Shown here piece after piece: positions 9,132 to 17,545 of a DNA stretch of 53,782 bases; position 1 is the stretch's first letter, and each line of letters starts with the position of its first letter. The translations under genes were made by a program, and so were the position numbers. The notes below the pieces were generated by a model. The model did no database searches. It was not told the origin of the DNA and saw nothing but the letters and a program-made list of their open reading frames with translations. This DNA is from Candidatus Bathyarchaeota archaeon (lineage in GTDB: Archaea > Thermoproteota > Bathyarchaeia > Bathyarchaeales > Bathyarchaeaceae), in contig JAPUUO010000002.1 of NCBI GenBank assembly GCA_026967815.1, positions 1 to 53,782 on the forward strand, written 5' to 3'.

Positions 9132-10359
9132 TTGAGCCCACCTCCGTTATTCTTGCACTGCCCTTGCACAATAGAAACAAAGCTGCAGCCATGGGTAACT
9201 CAACCTTTTCATTTCGGTAAGGACCGTGAAACTCGCTTCCAACTCTAAATTTAGGAGCCTCAGAGACATCTACTGATGCTGTGCCATGCGGAAAGGCAAC
9301 AGCGCTTTTCAATGGGTCGAATTCTTCTATGGTTGCAATAGATGTTTCAGTCTTTTTTAAACCTGTCTTTCCATGTAAGGTATCGGCTAGTCTTATCAGT
9401 CGGTGAACATCAGTTGTAACCACAGTGTCTATTTTGGCCGCCTGGTTCTTCAAGGCTTGCTCAGCAATTTTGCTCCAGCTTTCAAAGCTTACTCCTTTAA
9501 TCATCGTCCATGGACCTTTGTATTTCCAGCTTTCCAGAATACGTTCTTTATGTTTGCCCAAACTCTGAATGACCCCCCTGGGTAATCCGATTTTCTCCAG
9601 TTGCTCCGGGGTGGCGGATAAAAGATATTCGTAAGTTCCTCGAGCGATTCTTCCTCTCCATCCGAAATCATCAAGGTTAGGACCGCCAATTTTGCTTAGT
9701 CCATGCAGTTGGGGGTCAAGCCCTATTCCGACGATATAATCCACGATTTCTTTACGGCTTGTCGAGTTAAGTGTCAAGATGTCTTTGCTTTCGACGTGAA
9801 GATGGTAACCTCTGTGCCCAGAAAAGCTGAGACTCATTTCATTAGTAGAGAAGCCGAGGTCATTCGTTAATATGTCAATAAGTTTTATGGTCTCTTCTTT
9901 TGCAGATTCCAAGCAAATTTCACATGGCCATGTTTTCTCTTCGAATTTTTGTTTGTTGCATTTTGGACATTTTTTCGGTGGTGTTCCACGTCCAGTTGTT
10001 TTGCAGTGGGGGCAACTCCATGTGTCGTGGGTTTTGGAGCAGGGAGCTGAAATGTGGTCTGCGTCTATGTCGAACACCAAGTCGGCGCCTAGCCAGCCTT
10101 TTTCTTCCATTTCCTCCTCTGGCCGTTCGTAGTAGGCGCTTGAAAAGTAAACGTGCGATGGAATCAACGTTTTGAACGAATCTCGAAATTCCTGCGCAGT
10201 TTTGAAGGCTTTATGCCTGAGCATTATTCTTTCTTTCAGAAGGAGAAAGCCAAACTCGCGTTTTTCCATTGAAGAGGGAGGGTGAATGTTTAAAGAGTTT
10301 TTTTCATAGTATTCGCTAAATTTCGCTTGGATGAAGGCTTTGGTGTCTATTTTAATCAT
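9121..10359 (-). CDS. priS: DNA primase small (catalytic) subunit
   Basis: GADLVFDIDAD, FSGHRGYHL, IDTVVTTDVHRLIRL; Cys-rich Zn insertion. Confidence 0.96.
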   Translation of the reverse strand: MIKIDTKAFIQAKFSEYYEKNSLNIHPPSSMEKREFGFLLLKERIMLRHKAFKTAQEFRDSFKTLIPSHVYFSSAYYERPEEEMEEKGWLGADLVFDIDADHISAPCSKTHDTWSCPHCKTTGRGTPPKKCPKCNKQKFEEKTWPCEICLESAKEETIKLIDILTNDLGFSTNEMSLSFSGHRGYHLHVESKDILTLNSTSRKEIVDYIVGIGLDPQLHGLSKIGGPNLDDFGWRGRIARGTYEYLLSATPEQLEKIGLPRGVIQSLGKHKERILESWKYKGPWTMIKGVSFESWSKIAEQALKNQAAKIDTVVTTDVHRLIRLADTLHGKTGLKKTETSIATIEEFDPLKSAVAFPHGTASVDVSEAPKFRVGSEFHGPYRNEKVELPMAAALFLLCKGSARITEVGSSVR

Positions 10360-11405
10360 GCCCCCGGCGCAAGGGGAGCTTCTGTTTTTATGATTCTTAG
10401 TTTTCTTCGGTAGTAGGCAAGTGGATGTCTTATTCTTCTGCAGATGTCATCCATTCCTGGGCAGACGCCATGGGTGCGTAAGGTATCGCATTGAGGCGGG
10501 ATGTACTTTGTTCTCGAACCTTTTAGTCCCGCGATGTGTTCAACTTGATAGCGAGTCATCCTTTCTTTGAAGTCGGCAAGGGAACGAAATAGGTCAACCA
10601 CATTTTCAGTGGTCATGCCTATGTTGACCAAGAAGGTTGTGAGAGTGAAACGTCCAATGTGAGAGAGGTGGTGTCCAGAACTTATTGTTTCGTGCAACCT
10701 CTTTATGCATGGAGGGTATGCAATTATGATCACTTCTGAAGGAATCTCTTCCCAGCTGGTTTTACCTCTTTTCTCGTAGAAAAGTTGCTTTAATCGGTTG
10801 ATGCGGTTCATTATGTCTGGAGATAAGGATTTGACTTTCACCTGCAGTTTTTGTTCTATGTATCTGCGCACTTCCTCCTCTAAGAGTCGACAAACCTCAA
10901 CCTTTGTCAGAAAAACTTCGCCTTTTGACAGCATTCTGTTGACAAGCTTCCATTTTTTGTGCTGTATAATTGCGGCGTTTCTTATGTAATCCTTGAAATC
11001 TAGCGCAAAATCGTAGTTCAGCAGGTTGGGTCGTGGCTGTGCTGGTTCTAGTTTCCACTTGAAGTTGTTCGCAATTTTCATAATTGTTTCTTTGCGCTCT
11101 CCTTTTAGTAGGGTGGACGCACGTTTGGCTTCTGCCAATGCATAGGTCCTTTTGATGCGTGAATCCGCAGTTGCAACTACCATCATGATTGCTATTGGGA
11201 AGGAGGGAATTTCCACATCGTCTTTGGGTGATTTTCCGCTGACTGCATTGAAGAGTAGGGCTTCTTCGATTCTAGCTTCAGCTCTTTGTAAGATAGGTTG
11301 ATACTCGATTTTTTCAAGTTCATCGATCTTAATGTCTAATGTTTGAATGAACTTTGCGGCTTCTGGAGTGAATGGGTATTTGGCTAGGTCGCTTTTGGTT
11401 AGAAC
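10356..11405 (-). CDS. priL: DNA primase large subunit (start codon uncertain, apparently non-canonical)
   Basis: WKLVNR, YPPCI, HIGRF, YQVEHIAG, Fe-S Cys residues. The frame stays open 5' of 11216 through DLAKYPFTPEA up to a TAA at 11447-11445, with no ATG/GTG/TTG. Confidence 0.9.
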   Translation of the reverse strand, partial: VLTKSDLAKYPFTPEAAKFIQTLDIKIDELEKIEYQPILQRAEARIEEALLFNAVSGKSPKDDVEIPSFPIAIMMVVATADSRIKRTYALAEAKRASTLLKGERKETIMKIANNFKWKLEPAQPRPNLLNYDFALDFKDYIRNAAIIQHKKWKLVNRMLSKGEVFLTKVEVCRLLEEEVRRYIEQKLQVKVKSLSPDIMNRINRLKQLFYEKRGKTSWEEIPSEVIIIAYPPCIKRLHETISSGHHLSHIGRFTLTTFLVNIGMTTENVVDLFRSLADFKERMTRYQVEHIAGLKGSRTKYIPPQCDTLRTHGVCPGMDDICRRIRHPLAYYRRKLRIIKTEAPLAPGA

Positions 11406-11457
11406 CCGTTGCCCCTCCTTCTTCGCTTGGCAGCGCAGATGCTGTTATCTTACGTTG

Positions 11458-12213
11458 CTATTCTACCTCTATACGCGGAGCTAGGTAAAAGGTCAGCCTT
11501 CCCTCTTTTGGTTGCTGAAAATCAATTTTTACCGGCATATCTGATGAGAATTCAAGTGTTGCGATGTCGCTGGTTGCAGATGCATTTTTGATTATATCTG
11601 ACAGGTAGCTTAGACTAAACGTTGCTTTAGACGACTCTTTAGCTTCAAGGTCTAGAAGAGTTTCGCTTCCTTTCTTAAGTTCCACCACGGCGCCCATAAG
11701 ATCCCCGGTAGCGCGCAAAGTCATTTTTTCGTTGTCTATTTCAATGCGGACGTGATCGCTTACGAGTTGTACGTCTTCTATAGCTTGATGTAAGCCGTGG
11801 GTTGTAGTTTTAGCGCGGACGTTGAAGGTTATTTTCGGTGTAGGCACTTCTTCTTCAGCTGCTTCCAGAGTTGGCATGGTGAAGTTGCGGTCGTATCTGC
11901 CTTTGATCGCGATCTTTAAACGTCCAGTCTTCTCATCTATTGTAAGTTCAACAGATTCCTCTTTGGCAGCTCGGCGGAGAAGCTTCAGCATTTCACTTAC
12001 GTTTATGCACATTTTCAATGGAGCGTCGCAGAGATACTCGTCAAATATTGTATTTGGCCATTCGAAATCTATCATAGCAACGCGAGATGGATCCATTGCA
12101 CGTAGCTTGATGCCTTCTGAGCTTATGTTAAAAGTCGCCTCATCGACTAAGGTGGATATGACCGTTATCATGTCGCGTAAGAGTTTGGCGTCTGCTATTC
12201 GCACTTTAAACAA
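11458..12213 (-). CDS. pcn: Proliferating cell nuclear antigen (sliding clamp)
   Basis: RAMDPSRVAMID, C-terminal FYLAPRIE, 251 aa. Confidence 0.97.
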   Translation of the reverse strand: MFKVRIADAKLLRDMITVISTLVDEATFNISSEGIKLRAMDPSRVAMIDFEWPNTIFDEYLCDAPLKMCINVSEMLKLLRRAAKEESVELTIDEKTGRLKIAIKGRYDRNFTMPTLEAAEEEVPTPKITFNVRAKTTTHGLHQAIEDVQLVSDHVRIEIDNEKMTLRATGDLMGAVVELKKGSETLLDLEAKESSKATFSLSYLSDIIKNASATSDIATLEFSSDMPVKIDFQQPKEGRLTFYLAPRIEVE

Positions 12214-12328
12214 GCTGATTGCAAGCCTCCTTTATGCTGGTTATCTGTAGCGTTGACTTGATTTTAAGCCTTCTTATAAAAAAGTAATGCCAAATAATCT
12301 CTTCATTATCGAAGTAAAGTCTCAACAT

Positions 12329-12676
12329 TTAGCTGTATTCTCTGAATGTGTAGTTGCACTTCGTGCATCTGAAGAACTGTGTAGAAGACTCATCGCTTCC
12401 TCTTGTTTGAACCTGCCAAACGTAAGCCACATTATTTCCGCATTTTGGGCATTCAATGCGCATTGTAGGCAAAACTCGAAGTTTCTGCTCTTTCTTCCCA
12501 ATAATAGCGATGGTTTGCTGTGGACTGTGCTCAATCACTTTTGGTATGGGCTCTAGCTTCTGCGCGAGTTGCTTGCTTTTGTAAGTACATTTAGGGCAAG
12601 CCAATACAAGGCGGGTTCTTCCCTTGCTTTGCTTCTTTGGCACAAGTCTTGTTCCGCATTTGGGACAAAACTCCAT
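12329..12676 (-). CDS. tfs: Transcription factor S (TFS/RpoM)
   Basis: MEFCPKCG...CPKC; C-terminal CPKCG...QTRGSDE...FFRCTKC with the acidic DE hairpin. Confidence 0.95.
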   Translation of the reverse strand: MEFCPKCGTRLVPKKQSKGRTRLVLACPKCTYKSKQLAQKLEPIPKVIEHSPQQTIAIIGKKEQKLRVLPTMRIECPKCGNNVAYVWQVQTRGSDESSTQFFRCTKCNYTFREYS

Positions 12677-12738
12677 TGTTCTCGTCCTCACGCGTTTCTG
12701 TTCCCTTGTCCATACCTTTGAGTCTTTTAAGCTTTTTC

Positions 12739-13389
12739 TTATTTCAATTCAGATTCAGACTGTGATGTTTCACTATTGATTCTCTTTTTTCGTCTCAATT
12801 GACGTAGTCCCGAAGCTACAAGATGCGCTACTCTCAAAGCTTCTGGGATATTGCTGCGCGTAGAAGTGTTCTTCAAAATATGTTTAGCATCTTCGACTGT
12901 AACTCCAACAACATGAGCATAGACGGGTTCTTCTCCACCTCTCGTGTGCACTTCAATTATTTTTCCAGCTTTTTCTATGGCTTTCCATCGCTTATCGCTT
13001 TGAGGTAAATTCTGCAAAGCTTTTTTTATGTCGCCGAAGCTGGGTCTGTCCCGTGCAACAGCAATCACCGGCACCTTCACTTTTTCAAAAAGTTCTTCAA
13101 TGTCAATCACATTGAAGCCAGCCATTGTCACTCCGTTGAGCATGATAACCCGTAGCTGGTCGTAATGGGGTGACTCAACTATCATCGACGCGATTTTTTC
13201 AGTTGCATCCATTCCGTCAATTTCAACCTGAGTTCGCATAACGCCGTCTAGCCAATATCCTCCTCGAAAAACTACACCTATGACATCGACAACGCCCTTT
13301 GTGTGAGGGGTGAAAAATCCGTCGTCAATGCCCAAGACACGAATCTCAGGTTTCACAACACGAATTCTGACAGTTTTACCTTTGTTCAT
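12739..13389 (-). CDS. DUF99 / UPF0215 family protein (endonuclease V-like fold)
   Basis: RVLGIDDG, DGMDAT, GVTMAGFNVID, IPEALRVAHLVA. Confidence 0.9.
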   Translation of the reverse strand: MNKGKTVRIRVVKPEIRVLGIDDGFFTPHTKGVVDVIGVVFRGGYWLDGVMRTQVEIDGMDATEKIASMIVESPHYDQLRVIMLNGVTMAGFNVIDIEELFEKVKVPVIAVARDRPSFGDIKKALQNLPQSDKRWKAIEKAGKIIEVHTRGGEEPVYAHVVGVTVEDAKHILKNTSTRSNIPEALRVAHLVASGLRQLRRKKRINSETSQSESELK

Positions 13390-13771
13390 CGCGTTTATCG
13401 AGCCTCTCCCAAATTTCACGAAGTAATACAGTAAAAGCCTCAACAGAATCTTGTTTCTCGCTCAAAATTTCCACGGAGTCTTCAAAAGTAACTGTATCAG
13501 CTAACCAAGCAAAAGCTATTAAGGCTTCAGCGGCGTTCCCGAGAACATGCCGGTCGATTCTGCGAGGCAGCAGTTTTCGTAGACCCGATTTTCTGACAGC
13601 CTCAGCCAAGATTCTATTGTTTACTTTCACACCTGTTGGATACCCCGATCTTTGCGACGCTGCAAGAGAGTAAAGAAGGTTGACATAGGCGTCGCCCAGT
13701 CCAGCGAGATTTTTGTCAAGCAAGATTTCTTCAAGATTCTTGTATTCCTTTAGAACAGGCCCTTTGCTCAT
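13376..13771 (-). CDS. Archaeal stand-alone RNase III-like domain protein
   Basis: LAGLGDAYVNL and GNAAEALIA resemble the two RNase III signature helices; no dsRBD. Confidence 0.78.
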   Translation of the reverse strand: MSKGPVLKEYKNLEEILLDKNLAGLGDAYVNLLYSLAASQRSGYPTGVKVNNRILAEAVRKSGLRKLLPRRIDRHVLGNAAEALIAFAWLADTVTFEDSVEILSEKQDSVEAFTVLLREIWERLDKRDEQR

Positions 13772-14073
13772 TTTTGTTGCCAGTCTTTTAATGCTTCCTC
13801 TAGGCGTTTGCGAAACTGTTTAGTTTGCTGCCTTATCTTTGCTGCTGCTTCGTGAAGTGCAATCTCAGGCTTTTTCTTTGGCTTCCGCTTTTCTTTCATG
13901 CGAACATAAACCACAGGATTGGCTACTAGTGGATGTGATATGTTGTAGCCTGCCATTTCAACTGTTTTGTCTTCCAATAGAGCTCTTTGCAAGACGTTAC
14001 AAAACGTATGTCCTTCGCCTTCGATTTCTACTTCGAGCTCATCGGATGTTTTCTTCAAAACCTTAATGTTCAA
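13768..14073 (-). CDS. rpoL: DNA-directed RNA polymerase subunit L (Rpo11)
   Basis: EIEGEGHTFCNVL, AGYNISHPL. Confidence 0.95.
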   Translation of the reverse strand: MNIKVLKKTSDELEVEIEGEGHTFCNVLQRALLEDKTVEMAGYNISHPLVANPVVYVRMKEKRKPKKKPEIALHEAAAKIRQQTKQFRKRLEEALKDWQQK

Positions 14074-14642
14074 GCCAATTCACCTTTTCCATAGTCTTGG
14101 GCACTCTTCCGCGTTTCAATATTGCCACACCTTAAACAGCGCATCTCCACTCTTCCAAAGTTTAGAACATCTCCGCAACGAGAACAAAAAGCATAGATGA
14201 CTCCTAAATTTGGCTCTTTTGTGGATAAATGAAAAGTTCTATTTTTGTCGCTGACTACTTTTGCGCGGATGATATCGCCAGGTTTACACACATGGTACAT
14301 GGTTTCAACATAGCGGAGACTCACATCAGAAACATGTAAGATGCCGGTGAAGAATCCTGAAAGAGGATACTTGTCTATTTGGAATATGCGCACAGCCGCA
14401 GTTTTGCTCTGTGCATCTCTAACCTGACCGATAACTATGCTTCCCACTTTGGGAACAGCTAGGAAGCGAGTTTTGGGAAAAATCGAAACCTGCTTGCTGA
14501 GTATATCTACCAAAGCTTGTCCAGTTGCTAGAGAATAGATTATGCCGTTTTCCTCGTAAGTTCCAGATCCAGGCACAAACTCCTCAATCACCCCGAGACG
14601 GTCGCCGGGAACAACAAATTGCCCGCTCTTCTGTTTAGACAA
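14070..14642 (-). CDS. csl4: Exosome complex RNA-binding protein Csl4
   Basis: VVPGDRLGVIEEF, S1 domain, LGVIYAFCSRCG...CLRCGNIETRK. Confidence 0.95.
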   Translation of the reverse strand: MSKQKSGQFVVPGDRLGVIEEFVPGSGTYEENGIIYSLATGQALVDILSKQVSIFPKTRFLAVPKVGSIVIGQVRDAQSKTAAVRIFQIDKYPLSGFFTGILHVSDVSLRYVETMYHVCKPGDIIRAKVVSDKNRTFHLSTKEPNLGVIYAFCSRCGDVLNFGRVEMRCLRCGNIETRKSAQDYGKGELA

Positions 14643-14760
14643 AGGCTTTCACATTCCTTCAACATTAGTCTTAAAGGCAGCACGTCTTAACGTTTTCCTC
14701 AACGCACTGCAATAAACCTTTTGATTACAGGTTCTCGCTCTCTGTGTCAAAAAGCTTATA

Positions 14761-14779
14761 TGGATGGATTATCCATCCA
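14761..14779. promoter_or_regulatory. Perfect inverted repeat, putative operator
   Basis: TGGATGGAT-T-ATCCATCCA, directly after a BRE/TATA-like AAAAAGCTTATA and 7 nt before the ATG at 14787. Confidence 0.65.
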
Positions 14780-14786
14780 ATAAAAC

Positions 14787-15374
14787 ATGCCTCAACTCAG
14801 CGTACGCCAACTCGCCTTGCTTAGCGTTCTAACCGCTGTCTCGTTAGGTATTCAGTTAACCCCACGCCCGCCTAATGTTGAGTTCACCTCGTTGTTTACG
14901 TTCCTTGTTGGCATCCTATACGGCAGTCTAGTTGGCGGATTTTTCGGCGGCTTCGTAATGTTTGTTAATGGGTTCTTGTCACCTTGGGGTTTTGCTGGGT
15001 TCATAATGCCCTTTCAAATAGTCGGAATGGCAATAATAGGATTCGCAGGCGGCACGTACAAAAGATACGTGGTTGGAGTACATCCTGCTCAAGTCAGTGC
15101 TGAAGTTGCAGTTCTAGGCGCTTTTCTCACTCTTCTATACGACACAATCACAACCGTCGGCGTTGCCGTACAATCTACGATAATATATGGAATCCCATGG
15201 CATATTTCTTTAATAGCGACCTTTTCAGCGGGAGCCCTATTCTATTTAGTTCACATAGTTTCTAACACTGCTTTATTTGGATCAGGACTTATCCCGCTTA
15301 TAAAAGCCCTTCAAAGAGTCCCTGGAGGTGAAGCATTATGGTCAAAAAAAGAACTCTTGCATTCGCAACATTAG
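14787..15374 (+). CDS. ECF transporter S component
   Basis: Six TM helices; RQLALLSVLTA, PNVEFT, PWGF, PFQIVG pattern of ECF S components. Confidence 0.8.
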   Translation: MPQLSVRQLALLSVLTAVSLGIQLTPRPPNVEFTSLFTFLVGILYGSLVGGFFGGFVMFVNGFLSPWGFAGFIMPFQIVGMAIIGFAGGTYKRYVVGVHPAQVSAEVAVLGAFLTLLYDTITTVGVAVQSTIIYGIPWHISLIATFSAGALFYLVHIVSNTALFGSGLIPLIKALQRVPGGEALWSKKELLHSQH

Positions 15375-15820
15375 CCATATCAGTCTGGGCAGCTTTAGCA
15401 ACTAGTGTGCTTGGCTATTACTACTTGCGTTTTCAGGAATACGTTAATTTGTCACGCGAATATGAAGCAGTAACGATGAAAGTAGACATATACATCCACT
15501 ACGGCAATGAAACAAACGGGATCTGGCACAACAACACCATTGTGCCGTTAGGTGCCGCTCTGCTAAATGCCACCGGACTTGTCGCTGACAGTCAATTCAC
15601 TTACTGGTCGGAGCTTGGAGCTGCGTTTATTGATTCCTTAGATGGTGTTGCAAACAATGTAACCAAAGGGAAATCATGGTTCTGGTGGTACTGGGACACG
15701 ACGAGTTCTAAATGGATTCTTGGAGAAGTTGGAGCTAACCAACGTATGTTGCATCGTCGAGACATTGTAGCGTGGACTTATCAGAGTTATGAGATTTGGC
15801 CTCCTCCACCACCTTCATGA
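15338..15820 (+). CDS. Membrane-anchored DUF4430 (transcobalamin C-terminal-like) domain protein
   Basis: N-terminal TM; GAAFIDSLDGV...WFWWYW...GEVGA...DIVAWTY motif. Confidence 0.75.
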   Translation: MVKKRTLAFATLAISVWAALATSVLGYYYLRFQEYVNLSREYEAVTMKVDIYIHYGNETNGIWHNNTIVPLGAALLNATGLVADSQFTYWSELGAAFIDSLDGVANNVTKGKSWFWWYWDTTSSKWILGEVGANQRMLHRRDIVAWTYQSYEIWPPPPPS

Positions 15821-15822
15821 CA

Positions 15823-16521
15823 TTACCCGGCTTCCCTTTCTATCACATACAAATTAACCAAAAATTCATGTTTTCGTTTTCTATGAAATTTAAACATGTA
15901 TGGAATGGTCATAATCATTGCATATGCGATACGAATTTTTCCTCCGTGCCTCTTAACGAACCTTTTGAGGAAGACAGAAGGCTGAGCTGGTTTAGTTGGT
16001 GTTCCACGTGTCAGCGTTTTGGCAAGTTCTTTGCTGTTTTCTCCCTTATGAAGCGAGTAGATTCTTTGGGCTAGTTCTAAGGATTTCTGAAGAAATCTTC
16101 TGTCTGCCTTTCTTTTTTGTACGCCGAAGGGTGGGTTTTGAATGACTGTGTCAAAGGCTCCATGGATAGCATCTATATCTGCCACAACCCAGCTAGTCTT
16201 ATCTTTCACACCTAAATTAACTGCGTTTTTGAAAGCGAGCTTCACAGCAGTCTTGTCAATGTCAATGCCAACTGTTTCCTTGGCTCCTAAAAGCGCTGCG
16301 CCAATTGCGAGTCTTCCAGTGCCGCACCCTAGATCTACGACGTTTTTTCTGATAATGTCGTCATTTATGTAAGCTGCTATGTAGAGAAATTCCGCTGCAA
16401 CGTTTGCGGGTATGGTATATTGTTCCAGATGGGCTTTGGGCGCAGGGTGAGGCGCAACTTTTGACAATGCAATTTCTAGGTTGCGTTTCCGAACCAGCCT
16501 TCTTTGCACAGTTTCTCCCAA
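15823..16521 (-). CDS. METTL5-family SAM-dependent (N6-adenine) methyltransferase
   Basis: LEQYTIP, VVDLGCGTGRL, NPPFG; exact start uncertain. Confidence 0.9.
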   Translation of the reverse strand: MGETVQRRLVRKRNLEIALSKVAPHPAPKAHLEQYTIPANVAAEFLYIAAYINDDIIRKNVVDLGCGTGRLAIGAALLGAKETVGIDIDKTAVKLAFKNAVNLGVKDKTSWVVADIDAIHGAFDTVIQNPPFGVQKRKADRRFLQKSLELAQRIYSLHKGENSKELAKTLTRGTPTKPAQPSVFLKRFVKRHGGKIRIAYAMIMTIPYMFKFHRKRKHEFLVNLYVIEREAG

Positions 16522-17492
16522 CTCATTTCTCCCAGAATAACTGATGTTTCATCCAATGTTAGAACTGGCTTAAGAAATTTAGACGCGTCATCGAGGGATA
16601 TACGTGGACACGCGGTGTTTACGAAGGCATCGACTGTTGGAAACTGCATTAATGCTTCTGGAGTCATCTCTCTCAATGCAAACAACGTAGCCTTCTTTTC
16701 TTTCTTTTCCAGTTTTTCCTTGATTTGAAGGGCTCGGTCGAATTTTTCTTGTCTGCTTTTAAGCCCGATGAGCACTCCAAACTTTTCCGCCTTCTTTGCT
16801 TCATGGATAGTTGCCCAGCGTTGTTTCATTATCCTCTGAACCTCGCCATCGATAGCATAAGCTCTTTTCTCGTATGGATCAGCCACAATAACTGGCTTTG
16901 CAGTGGCCAATGCTAAGCCGATGGCGTGGAATTTGCCGCCACCAATGAACAGAAAGGCTTCTACGTCTTTTGTAATTGCTTTGCCGTTGCTGTAGTTGCA
17001 ACCTATCACTTGGCCAGCGTATTTTAGTTTTCCAGTGTCTCCGATTGCGACGCTTTTTCCGGTTTTTATGAGGAGCTCTCGCGCTTCGCTTAACATGTCA
17101 ACGTGCTGCACGGTAGTTGCTAATCCTAGGCTTTTCCAATCTTTGAGGTAAGGCACCGCTTGGTTTACTGCTTCTTTTATGCCGATGTTAGCTTTTGCTT
17201 CTATGTAAATTGTTGGCACTCTTTGTTGTGTGGTTAATGGGCTGTGTCCGAAATGAATGAGCAAATCGGCTCCCAGACCTTCTGCTTCTTGAATAGCTAG
17301 GTCACAGGCTCCATAGCAGGGATCTGCTGAGATTATGGCTAGGACTCCAGCTTTTTCAACAATTGTTGCCAAACGAGGTCCTTCTGCTTTTAATCCTTCG
17401 GGAAGTTGAATAAGTACTCGTTTGGCGTTTCGCCTCTCAATCTCGTCTTTTAACATTTCTTCTTCAAGGTAGAAGCTTGCTCTTCTTGGCAT
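16476..17492 (-). CDS. dph2: Diphthamide biosynthesis enzyme Dph2
   Basis: IQLPEGLK, PCYGACD, GQVIGC, NTACPRI. Confidence 0.96.
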   Translation of the reverse strand: MPRRASFYLEEEMLKDEIERRNAKRVLIQLPEGLKAEGPRLATIVEKAGVLAIISADPCYGACDLAIQEAEGLGADLLIHFGHSPLTTQQRVPTIYIEAKANIGIKEAVNQAVPYLKDWKSLGLATTVQHVDMLSEARELLIKTGKSVAIGDTGKLKYAGQVIGCNYSNGKAITKDVEAFLFIGGGKFHAIGLALATAKPVIVADPYEKRAYAIDGEVQRIMKQRWATIHEAKKAEKFGVLIGLKSRQEKFDRALQIKEKLEKKEKKATLFALREMTPEALMQFPTVDAFVNTACPRISLDDASKFLKPVLTLDETSVILGEMSWEKLCKEGWFGNAT

Positions 17493-17545
17493 TTATGATT
17501 CCACCGATGCACGGTAAATGAAAGCCACAAAAAGAGCCAGCAGTT

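Noticed and set aside
9900..10050. Cys-rich insertion in PriS, considered as a possible intein
   Set aside because: It is short, has no intein terminal residues, and Zn-binding insertions at this site are normal in archaeal PriS.
14643..14786. Possible cobalamin riboswitch upstream of the ECF S gene
   Set aside because: No B12-box or conserved core is visible, and the promoter position implies a leaderless transcript.
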